A program made the position numbers and the translations under genes. Positions 1-8,472 of a stretch of 64,000 bases of DNA are shown one piece after another. The stretch comes from Chitiniphilus shinanonensis DSM 23277. Its GTDB lineage: Bacteria > Pseudomonadota > Gammaproteobacteria > Burkholderiales > Chitinibacteraceae. Below the pieces are notes generated by a model that was given only the letters and a program-made list of their open reading frames with translations, was not told the DNA's origin and ran no database searches. Where the stretch lies: positions 244,046 through 308,045 of the forward strand of contig NZ_KB895335.1 in assembly GCF_000374805.1 (NCBI RefSeq), given 5' to 3'. Positions within the stretch are counted from its first letter, which is position 1, and each line of letters starts with the position of its first letter.

Positions 1-632
1 ATATCCGCCTTCACCAAGATCCGGAAAGTACTTTCAAAAAGCTTGGTTCCTTCACGAAACTCCGATCGTTTATCCTCTAGCCTATTGCTCCGGGACATAA
101 GGATTACGAGTGGGGGTTTCGTCTTTCGCTCCGCAATCGCGCTAGCAAGGCCATCAATAGACACTTTGATATCGTCCGTCCGCTGCGCCGAGCAGAGGTA
201 GAGATCCATGAAGACAATGTCAGTATCGGCAACTGCAGGCACAAAATCTCGTCCCACTAAATTGCACGTCAAGCCAGAGGCTTCGAGCAACTCACGCAAA
301 ACATTTAAGTGTCCAATGTCTGCTTGCATGTCTGCTGTGTACCGCGCAAACAATGTTTGACAGAGCATTGGAGCGATTTGCTTCCTATTATCCCAAAGGC
401 AACGCACAAATCCGTCTGACTTTTGAAGCTCCTCCGCCTCCAGCTCTGAGTATCCAGGGAAAGCAACATCTAATGAATTATGGTCATCCGCGCTCAAATC
501 ATCAAAGAACTGTGTCCACTGCTGACTATCAACTGAGAGATCATCGGCAAGTGGAATTTCATCGATGGCGTCATCGACGATTAGTGCTCTAGTGATGTTC
601 GCCGCGGCGAGGATATCTGCGAGTTCAGCCAT
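1..632 (-). CDS. Partial CDS (N-terminal ~210 aa visible; C-terminus lies left of the window) encoding an atypical receiver (REC)-like domain protein. Its start ATG (632..630) overlaps the stop of the upstream kinase gene (TAATG).
   Basis: Own translation of the minus strand from 632: MAELADILAAANITRALIVDDAIDE...DIVFMDLYL...PPLVILMSRS...FRILVKADI. The DD / D / S / K succession is typical of CheY-like receivers, but an acidic insertion of ~70 aa separates the DD pair from the putative phospho-Asp. It is absent from the ORF track because it runs off the window edge. Low-GC codon usage matches the island. Confidence 0.5.
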   Translation of the reverse strand, partial: MAELADILAAANITRALIVDDAIDEIPLADDLSVDSQQWTQFFDDLSADDHNSLDVAFPGYSELEAEELQKSDGFVRCLWDNRKQIAPMLCQTLFARYTADMQADIGHLNVLRELLEASGLTCNLVGRDFVPAVADTDIVFMDLYLCSAQRTDDIKVSIDGLASAIAERKTKPPLVILMSRSNRLEDKRSEFREGTKLFESTFRILVKAD

Positions 633-2989
633 TATTTTGTCGTGTTCAATGGAAGTTCAAGTATGAAACGATTGAGGCGGCCATTGGCGTTTTCTGGACT
701 GGGATCAAGCGTCAAGGTGCCCCCCATGTAGGTCGCACACTCGCGCGCGATGAATAAGCCAAGTCCACGGCGCTTCGATTTCTCTTTCAACGAGAAGAAG
801 GATCTGAAAATGCGCTCACAGTTTTCTTGAGCAATGCCGGGGCCGTTGTCTTCGAAGAGGATGGTCGGGGGGGAGGGCAAAAGCGTAATGGAGATCGTGG
901 ACTTCTTTCCGGATTGCTTGCCAGCACCCATGTCCAGCCAATATTTAGAATTTGAGATCAGATTTTCAATTATTTGAACTACCATGCCCTTAACAGTTCG
1001 CACATTTACCGCGTCATCCGACATGGAGAGCTTCACTGAGATTTTGTGGCGCTCAAACTGAGCTTCATGGGCTTCAAGCGTGTTCAGGATGAGGTCACGC
1101 AAATCAAATGTTTCGACGCGCTGACGTCCTGAGACGCTAAGAGGATCCAACACCCGAATCCTCTTACCCACGCTTTTCATTTGAGCCCTGAGGGAGTCCA
1201 ACTTTACCTTGACTTCCGCAGGAACATTCTTGCCTCGAAGCGCCTCGAGGTTTTCGAGGGCGTTTTCAGATGCTCGTGCAAGCTCATGAGCCACGACCTC
1301 GACCATGAGGCCAACTCCAGCCATCTCTATCATCTGCCGACTTTCTTGTTCAACTTCCTCAATGCGTTGGCGAGCGCGCTCTGCGAACTCTGAAAAATCA
1401 AACAGTGTTTGTTGAAGCTCTTCAAGAGATGGGTCATCCCTTGGGGCGATTTTCCGAAGTTTTGCTAAAGCGTTTTTCGCGCGGGTGTCTAAGTTCGCGA
1501 CCTCAGTTTTAGCTTGGCTGAGGTCAACCTTCTGTGACTTATATTGCTTCTCAACGTTCTTCATCGACTTGAATAGCAAGTCCTGAATCACGTATTGCAT
1601 GATTCCCAAAAAAACTTGCTGCTCAGGGGTTTCGCGTAGGCCTTCCCGATTGGTTTGGTCAACCAAAGCGGGATTATTAACCCGTGAAATTTCAACTTTG
1701 CCTACGAACTGAGCCTTGTTGAGGGTGTATCCGGTTCGGGCTAGCGCCTTGCGATCCAAGGCAAGCCAGTCATCTTCGTCCTCACCATAGGGGAATACCC
1801 GGAATCCATCTCGATATAGCAGAATCCCAGACCAACGCTGCTGCTGTTCTCGCACCGCTCGCAGGTCGCCAATCCCATCCATAGAAGTGAGAAGACGCCG
1901 GTTATACCAATGTACCTGGAAGGTGAATGGTCCCAGTGATGCAAGAGCGCTTTCTGGTATTTCTCGCGAGGTGCCAATCACAGCCGATTCAAGGTCTTCG
2001 GCTGAAATGAGATAGTTTTCTGACTCCACCGGATGGGGAAAGCCAAGATTTTTTATCTCTATATCACATGTGAGCTGCGGCTTTCCCTCCGCGACTGTGT
2101 ATGCCCCGCTGACGGACACATGCGCACCTTGGATAAGCGCTTTTTGCATCCACGGAATACCGATGCGCTCCTCATTCCAATACAGTGCAACTCGTGGGCG
2201 TTTCTTGGGATCAATAAAGGGATCCGTCAAACGTGAGAAGTCATAGTCCGCCATTCGCTTAATACGTTCTGCAGTCCAATCTTCGGTGAGCTTTCCAATG
2301 ATGATTCGCGTCCCCGACCAACCGGTGTTCTCAATTGCATCGCCGAGTGTGGGATAAATGTCGATATCCGCCAGCATGGCATCAATTTGGGTGAAGGCAG
2401 ACCAGTCGATGTGGAGACAATTGATACGGCTGTCTGTAGCTCTGGCTGTCTCAACTCGAAGCATGTCACCAAGCCGCATAGCGGATAACCGCCCAATGCC
2501 CTTCTCTCCAAGAAACGGCGATTTTGACTCGCCAGCTCGGAGGGCTTTGTCAACCTCTCGCTTTCGAGACGCAGTGCCAATGACTAAGAAATTATTGTTC
2601 AGGTCATCAACGGACATGCCAGAGCCCGTGTCGCTAATGACAATGTGGCTCATCTCGTAAATTTTATCGAGGGCGTCCGCAAGTTCTTGGCCAGTATTTG
2701 CTTTTTGAATCAGCACCTTGGATTGGTCAAGCAGCTCAATGGACGCATCAGCATTCAACGCAGCAAGTGCGAGTGAAGTAACTACGCTGGTTGATTTTGG
2801 ATTCGCGAGCGCTTTGCGGCGCAACTCTAAGTAAGCATTGCGACGAATTACTATATTGAACCGGATGTCGACGCCATCCTTGGTCCTAGCATCAAAACCG
2901 TTCTTAATCAGTTCATAAAAAGCAATGATGTCTGAACTAATTAGTTCAGAACCTAGCTCCAAAACCGTGCGTGCCGTGATTTTGAACAC
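632..2989 (-). CDS. 785-aa dual Bergerat-fold protein: N-terminal MORC/HSP90-like GHKL ATPase fused to a C-terminal histidine-kinase core (H-box-like AHELARA plus HATPase_c).
   Basis: The N-terminus has ELIKNGFDA (N-box), DTGSGM (G1) and GEKGIGRLS (G2). The C-terminus has VAHELARASENALENL (H-box-like), IIENLISNSKYW (N-box), FEDNGPGI (G1), IFRSFFS (F) and GLGLFIAR (G2). GTG start at 2989 with AAGGAA 6 nt upstream. It lies 70 bp downstream of the PAPS-reductase gene. Confidence 0.75.
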   Translation of the reverse strand: MFKITARTVLELGSELISSDIIAFYELIKNGFDARTKDGVDIRFNIVIRRNAYLELRRKALANPKSTSVVTSLALAALNADASIELLDQSKVLIQKANTGQELADALDKIYEMSHIVISDTGSGMSVDDLNNNFLVIGTASRKREVDKALRAGESKSPFLGEKGIGRLSAMRLGDMLRVETARATDSRINCLHIDWSAFTQIDAMLADIDIYPTLGDAIENTGWSGTRIIIGKLTEDWTAERIKRMADYDFSRLTDPFIDPKKRPRVALYWNEERIGIPWMQKALIQGAHVSVSGAYTVAEGKPQLTCDIEIKNLGFPHPVESENYLISAEDLESAVIGTSREIPESALASLGPFTFQVHWYNRRLLTSMDGIGDLRAVREQQQRWSGILLYRDGFRVFPYGEDEDDWLALDRKALARTGYTLNKAQFVGKVEISRVNNPALVDQTNREGLRETPEQQVFLGIMQYVIQDLLFKSMKNVEKQYKSQKVDLSQAKTEVANLDTRAKNALAKLRKIAPRDDPSLEELQQTLFDFSEFAERARQRIEEVEQESRQMIEMAGVGLMVEVVAHELARASENALENLEALRGKNVPAEVKVKLDSLRAQMKSVGKRIRVLDPLSVSGRQRVETFDLRDLILNTLEAHEAQFERHKISVKLSMSDDAVNVRTVKGMVVQIIENLISNSKYWLDMGAGKQSGKKSTISITLLPSPPTILFEDNGPGIAQENCERIFRSFFSLKEKSKRRGLGLFIARECATYMGGTLTLDPSPENANGRLNRFILELPLNTTK

Positions 2990-3059
2990 TGTATGTTTCC
3001 TTAGTATCCCATCACCGTATCAATAATTGATCCGCCGCTGAATAAGCGCATTCCATTTC

Positions 3060-3902
3060 TCACTTATGGCAGATCAAGCAGGATCCGCCGCCTTCGTCCT
3101 CGCCGTAGACGTCATCGATGTCCTCAGGGCAGGCTTTCTCAGGCCGCAGCGGATTGATCGGGATGGCTCTACGTATGCGAGTGCGGCGAATCTCGTATTC
3201 CGCCTCGATCTCCGCCACGCGCTCCGGTTGCTCCAAGTCGCCAAGAGATTCGCCCTTAGACCACGTAAAGGGAGAGCCGTGCTCCAAAGCGTCCTTCTCC
3301 AAGGCCTTCGCCGCTTCGTAGGCCTCGGGATGCCTCTCCCTGAGGCGAACCCATTCAATCTTTTGCTGGAAGAAGCAGAACGTGCACCCGCTGCGCGAAC
3401 GCCAGTCATAATACTTGGGATAGCCGACGCCGGAGTTCTCCAAAATGTCGATCACCCCTGCCTTGTCGATCCCTGCCTCACGAAAGGGTAGCTTAACGAA
3501 CAAATTGTCTGCCTTGGCTGCATAGCCTTCTCGGTAGTCCTCATCGGCTCGAATGGCAACGTATGAGGTGACCGTGTCACCAGCTGCCAGCATAGGCCTA
3601 ACCCACTCTTCGAACGGAGCCAGCTTCAACTGCCGGGTGCACCAGCGCGAGTTAGGATTGGGTAGAAAGTGGTTGTATTGACGCAGCCAAAAGTTGAAAG
3701 TCCGCTTGGGATTCAGGCGTGCGATCGGCTTGCCAAGAAAGCCCTCAAGCTTCCCAAGGAACTCCTCAACCTCGGGAAGCTCCTCACCGGTGTCGGTAAA
3801 GAAGTAGTCGATGTCGAGCTCAGGGTGGCGGTCGCGCATGTAGACAGCCAGTGCGGCACTGTCTTTCCCGCCAGAGATACCGAGAACGTGCCGCTCAGCC
3901 AT
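3060..3902 (-). CDS. PAPS-reductase / PP-loop ATP pyrophosphatase family protein (SspD/DndC-like, 280 aa).
   Basis: PP-loop motif GISGGKDSAALA near the N-terminus and C-terminal Cys clusters (CTFCFF, CLIC). An 8-nt overlap with the upstream ATPase gene (its stop at 3895..3897) suggests translational coupling. Confidence 0.8.
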   Translation of the reverse strand: MAERHVLGISGGKDSAALAVYMRDRHPELDIDYFFTDTGEELPEVEEFLGKLEGFLGKPIARLNPKRTFNFWLRQYNHFLPNPNSRWCTRQLKLAPFEEWVRPMLAAGDTVTSYVAIRADEDYREGYAAKADNLFVKLPFREAGIDKAGVIDILENSGVGYPKYYDWRSRSGCTFCFFQQKIEWVRLRERHPEAYEAAKALEKDALEHGSPFTWSKGESLGDLEQPERVAEIEAEYEIRRTRIRRAIPINPLRPEKACPEDIDDVYGEDEGGGSCLICHK

Positions 3903-6900
3903 CTGTAGCCTCCTTATCGATAGACGCCAACTTCATCCCCGCCTTGGCCAGAATCGCTAGTAGGACTTCAGTTTTCAATCCTTGACCTTCCAGCAGCGAA
4001 GCGACCTCGTCGGCCTTGGTCTCTACTGTCTCGCGGTAGCGATCAGATATCGCGAACGAACGCGAAATAGTCTTCGTATCCGCCCCTGCGCCGATGACAA
4101 CAGCAATTGCTTCGCTATGCGCTTTACGCCCCTGCACTGCTACAAACGCTTCAGCTTCACGGAAACGCCGAGCAAACTTCACCAGCTCCAAAATCGCGGC
4201 ATCGATGTGACGGTCAACCCAATCCCTCGGGGGTTTTTCAGCTGCCAAGCTCAGAATGCCCTCAAGCGAAGCCCTGCTGCCGTCGAAGTTGGCCAAGCGT
4301 GTCGCAAATGCATCAAGGCGTAGATCACCCGAAATACCCGTGACGGACCTAGCTCTTTCACGCAGAGCCTTAAGATCATCGCGGCTCGCATCAAGCGCTT
4401 CGAACATCTTGGCCTCTACCTCGTTCAGCATCTTTCCGTAAGCACCAGCGAGCTCTTGAAGGGGGGCACGTAAGGCCTTCACGTAGGTTTTGCCATTGGC
4501 CGCATTCAGCAGCGAAGTGAGATCAACGAATAAGACCTTGTGGGGGTCGCTGGCCTTTAGAAGCAGGTCACGCATGTCCTTGGCTGTTTGCCCCAACCGA
4601 GCAGTCCTTTGAGACCATTCGGGAAGATTAAACACCATCGCCACTAGCCCACGAGCAGCTTCAAGTGGGTCTGCCGCCTCGGCCTTCTCGCCAACTTCTG
4701 TTAGGAGCTTAGAAATACCCTGAAGAATGCGGCTCTTGTCCTCATCAATGGCTACCCAGCGCAACGAGAAGCGATTTGGATCCTGAAGGCACTCGTCAAT
4801 GTCGAAGTCGGTCAACCTCGGGACGAACATACCATCCTTGTAAACGGCGACGTTGGCCTTATGAGCCAACAAAAAAGCCGCAAAGATGACAGGTTGCACA
4901 CCCAGCCTTACACCGAAAGGCGGCGCGCTCCACAGCGAGTAAATTTCGTGCGCGCCTATTCGGGTAGCGGCATCCGAAAACAGGGACCTAGTCGCTCTCC
5001 AAAGGGGTTCAAATCCTGCCGCAAAACCATCGCCAGGTGGCGTGAAACGCCATGCACCAGAGGTGTCTTTACGATGCAACCCCGTGCTATTGAGTAGGGT
5101 CTCGTAAAGCCCTCGTTCAGCGGGAAATCCCTCGAAGCCTAGTGCCTCCTGACCCTCGGCCTTAATCATCGCGTGCAGCAGCTCGCGTCGAGCCTTCACG
5201 CTGTTGCTCGACACGCCATCTCGGTTAACCAACTCGCTCCAAATTGGCGGCGAACTGCTGAACAATTCATTTGCGAGGCGTGAGGCAATGGGCGAGAGCT
5301 TTGAGCCTAGTTCAACGGCTTCATCGGTTCCGTTGTGCCACTGAGCCTGCGACACCGCAGTTTGGAGCTGATACTCCAGGCTTGCTCGCGTGGCGACCAG
5401 CCGAGCATAGACCTCACGTCGAGCGACTGCATCGCCTTGGAGCTCATGGCTATCTTTGACTTGCTCCAGCGCTACCAGCTCAGCAGAAAGCTCAGCGATG
5501 CGAGCATGATTGGCAGGAATACCAACCATCACTGGCCAGGGGCAAAGCCTGGAGCAGGCCCGAGCGCGCAATTGAGATGCCTGCTGGCTCTCTCCTTTGC
5601 CAGGCAATGCAAGGATAAACGCACCAAACTCGCCGTTCTTGGGCTGGAACTTGGCTGCGATCTTCTCCGCCTCCTCGATACTGCACAGCGAGAGTTCCAT
5701 CCAGCGCATGGTGCCAGTCTGATGGTAATGCCGTTTGGCTACCACAGGATGCAGGCTCATAAGCTGGGCTAGACGGCCATAATCGATACTCGAAGATGCA
5801 GCCATGGCTTGGGTAATAGCCGCATCAATATTGAAATCGCTGCCCTCAAATACCGACCAGGCACCGGTATAGCTCTTGTAGAGAACAACTTTCAGCGAGC
5901 GCAGTTTTTGAAGTGCAGCATCGAGCTCTTCTCTCTCTTGGTCAAGGAAGAGCGAGCCAAGCACGAAGGCATCGGCGGCCAAGCCTGATCCGTTGCGGAA
6001 CAGGTCGATGACCGCGATGTTCTTGATAAGCGCCACCAAAAGTGGGTCGCCGGCTTTGGCTTCTGCTCGCTCTACAGCCTCAACTGCTTGGGACCAGCGA
6101 TGCCCATCTGCAGAAGCGAGAATTGCCGGCTCCAGGTTCGAGCGCAGGTAGTCCCAGTAGTCATTCGGGCGGTACCAACTCGCTTCGCTCTTGAGCGTCG
6201 AATTCAGATATGAGTGGAAGCCATGAGGCTCAACCGAAGACAAGAATCCAAACGTACTGCGCTCGTTCTGCCCGAACTGTCGCTTGGAGATTGGCCCTAA
6301 CAGGGCTGCCATAGCAGGATGCAATGGCCAGCAAGCTTCCAATGCCGTGGCAAAGTTTGTCCCCACAGCAGGCCTGCGAGACCGGATTGCATCCGCGATG
6401 ATCTTGGATGCGTCTCGCATCTCAAGCGGGCGCTCGTCTGTTTCGATTGCGCGGCCAATCAGCTCAACAACTTCATCGCTTGCGGCCACGAAGGGCAAGT
6501 CGGCATAACGTCCTTGCACCTTTGCCCAATCGTCACGAGTATCGATACCCAAGCGGGCCGAATACTGTGCAAAAGATTGATGTAGCACGCCGATGACAAC
6601 AAGCCGCCCTTCAGAACGCGCTGCGGCTTCAGCCAGCTCTTGGAAGAAATAGACGTCATCCTCCGAGCCGAGGGCCGATGCCTCCAAGAATTTGCCCATC
6701 TCATCGATCAATAGCAGCACACCGTCATGTGGACGACTCTTAGCCTGTTCAAGTAAATCAGCGATGAGGCTTTGCGCGTTTGGCTCGTTAGAGCGATCGA
6801 TCGTCCTGCCCAGCGCACGACATACTGCCGCATGGAGGTCGCTGACTACGCTGCCTCGGCGGCCCACTGCCGGGACAATCAACCACCCCGCTTGGACGGG

Positions 6901-7230
6901 GAAGGCTCTGTCGAAAGTGGGCTTGGAGTCTAGGCTCAGGACTTGGCGGGCCTTCGTGCGGAGATCTTCGTCGGGATGTAATGCGCTCGCCAAGGCGACA
7001 GCGAGCGAGCTTTTACCTCCGCCAAACGGGCCGGTCCAAGTAAAGCAGCGCTGGTTAGTGCTAACAAGCTGATTGCATATCCCATCGATGACAGCAGTCG
7101 CAGTCGCGTGGCAGATGTAGCCGGATAGGGCGTCAGCTCTGCCAATGTCGGCGTCGATGCGGATGGAGCGCTGGTATTGGCGCGAAATCTGGACAACATC
7201 TGCCAGAGTCTGTTGCATCTGGTCAGTCAT
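3895..7230 (-). CDS. Large (1111 aa) P-loop NTPase, SspC-like ATPase of a phosphorothioation-type module.
   Basis: Walker A GPFGGGKSS and Walker B-like LLLIDEMGKF. ATG at 7230 overlaps the stop of the upstream DUF4007-like gene (ATGACTGA). Sits in the low-GC island. Confidence 0.8.
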   Translation of the reverse strand: MTDQMQQTLADVVQISRQYQRSIRIDADIGRADALSGYICHATATAVIDGICNQLVSTNQRCFTWTGPFGGGKSSLAVALASALHPDEDLRTKARQVLSLDSKPTFDRAFPVQAGWLIVPAVGRRGSVVSDLHAAVCRALGRTIDRSNEPNAQSLIADLLEQAKSRPHDGVLLLIDEMGKFLEASALGSEDDVYFFQELAEAAARSEGRLVVIGVLHQSFAQYSARLGIDTRDDWAKVQGRYADLPFVAASDEVVELIGRAIETDERPLEMRDASKIIADAIRSRRPAVGTNFATALEACWPLHPAMAALLGPISKRQFGQNERSTFGFLSSVEPHGFHSYLNSTLKSEASWYRPNDYWDYLRSNLEPAILASADGHRWSQAVEAVERAEAKAGDPLLVALIKNIAVIDLFRNGSGLAADAFVLGSLFLDQEREELDAALQKLRSLKVVLYKSYTGAWSVFEGSDFNIDAAITQAMAASSSIDYGRLAQLMSLHPVVAKRHYHQTGTMRWMELSLCSIEEAEKIAAKFQPKNGEFGAFILALPGKGESQQASQLRARACSRLCPWPVMVGIPANHARIAELSAELVALEQVKDSHELQGDAVARREVYARLVATRASLEYQLQTAVSQAQWHNGTDEAVELGSKLSPIASRLANELFSSSPPIWSELVNRDGVSSNSVKARRELLHAMIKAEGQEALGFEGFPAERGLYETLLNSTGLHRKDTSGAWRFTPPGDGFAAGFEPLWRATRSLFSDAATRIGAHEIYSLWSAPPFGVRLGVQPVIFAAFLLAHKANVAVYKDGMFVPRLTDFDIDECLQDPNRFSLRWVAIDEDKSRILQGISKLLTEVGEKAEAADPLEAARGLVAMVFNLPEWSQRTARLGQTAKDMRDLLLKASDPHKVLFVDLTSLLNAANGKTYVKALRAPLQELAGAYGKMLNEVEAKMFEALDASRDDLKALRERARSVTGISGDLRLDAFATRLANFDGSRASLEGILSLAAEKPPRDWVDRHIDAAILELVKFARRFREAEAFVAVQGRKAHSEAIAVVIGAGADTKTISRSFAISDRYRETVETKADEVASLLEGQGLKTEVLLAILAKAGMKLASIDKEATDG

Positions 7231-8176
7231 ATGCCCGCCTGATCATGTTCTTAATGTCTTCCTTGGACAGTTCTTTGCGATGGACTTGGCGAAGACCAGC
7301 GGAATCAGTCCATTCAAGTTTCTGGCCAGTGAAATCCGAAAGCGCAATCAACTTTTGGGCAATCGACTCCTCATCGAGTTTGAATACGCGCCCCGGCGAT
7401 CCTTCTTCGTAGGCAATCGTCTCAAATGCCAATGAACTTTGCCCTGATGCAATACGGTCCCAAAAGTCAACAAGTGCATAAGCAAAAACGCCTACGTGCA
7501 GCGATGACTTTGGGCCTCGACGGAAAGCGTAGTGCCCCTTGTACACTTCTTGGAGTAAACCAAGTTCTCCTAACAGAGGTTCGGCGAAATCTTCCGGCGT
7601 TCCTCCAGCCGCACGCGGCGCATAACTTCGAACGCACGTCTCCAAATCCCTGGAAATCGTCACTTTCGACAAACGGTGTTTGGGGTCAAGATCCCGGGCA
7701 TAGTCATTCAAAGACTCTTCCAAGTCTGCACGGGAGAAAGTGGGAGCCGATACGTGATTGAACAACCAAAACCACGTGGTAGACCGTATACATCGCCCTG
7801 CTAGCTGCCAATGCACGAGCCATGCGGTCGCGGGGTTTTCTGCGTAAGGATCCAATCCGTCATCACGCAATATCTCAGCAGCAAGCTCGTTTACTTGGAA
7901 CCCTTCCGAGTCGATCTCATCAAGGATTCCGCACGCCAAAGCCCAATGTTTCATGGACGCGACCATGTTTTTGCCAACGCCAAACTTGGCAATGGCATCG
8001 GCGTCAGCAAAGGCAGTTTTGAGGATTTTCCCGTTGGGGTCAGCGCGATTAAAGACCTTTTTCAGCCACATCTGACGAAGTGGGAAAGTCTCATGTCCTG
8101 AGAAGTGGGCAGGAACCCCGGAGCGTGCTTGGGTAGTCATAGCAGCATTATAAGGCGGCCAACTGGTGATGGTCAC
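7223..8176 (-). CDS. DUF4007-like protein (SspB-like putative nickase), about 305-317 aa.
   Basis: N-terminal FSGHETFPLRQMW motif, as I recall for DUF4007/SspB proteins. It is the first gene of the operon and the GC drop begins just upstream. The ORF starts with GTG at 8176; an alternative ATG is at 8140. Confidence 0.65.
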   Translation of the reverse strand: MTITSWPPYNAAMTTQARSGVPAHFSGHETFPLRQMWLKKVFNRADPNGKILKTAFADADAIAKFGVGKNMVASMKHWALACGILDEIDSEGFQVNELAAEILRDDGLDPYAENPATAWLVHWQLAGRCIRSTTWFWLFNHVSAPTFSRADLEESLNDYARDLDPKHRLSKVTISRDLETCVRSYAPRAAGGTPEDFAEPLLGELGLLQEVYKGHYAFRRGPKSSLHVGVFAYALVDFWDRIASGQSSLAFETIAYEEGSPGRVFKLDEESIAQKLIALSDFTGQKLEWTDSAGLRQVHRKELSKEDIKNMIRRAYD

Positions 8177-8472
8177 CAGTTGGCCGCCGCGTGTAAAACT
8201 ACGCTCCTTTCCTGCTTAGCCTGCAAGCGAAAAGAACAAGCAACCTTATGATTTTTTGCAAAAAATTCTCTTTCATCCTTGGTGTCGTTGATCTACTGCT
8301 CAAGCGCGAGCAAGCCAAAACCCCACCAGAATGTCATCACGTGCACTCTCGCTCTGCTCAACGATCTAGCGCTCGGAACGGAAGTTTTATGATGGAAGAA
8401 TAAAGAGGATGAGGTGAGCCTTGATACGCTCGCCGGCAATGCCCGCATCCAACCCATCCTGCAACGGGAAGC

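Noticed and set aside
353-592. 79-aa plus-strand ORF in the first kilobase
   Set aside because: It lies antisense to, and entirely within, the receiver-like gene translated from the minus strand (630..1). It has no RBS and no domain signal.
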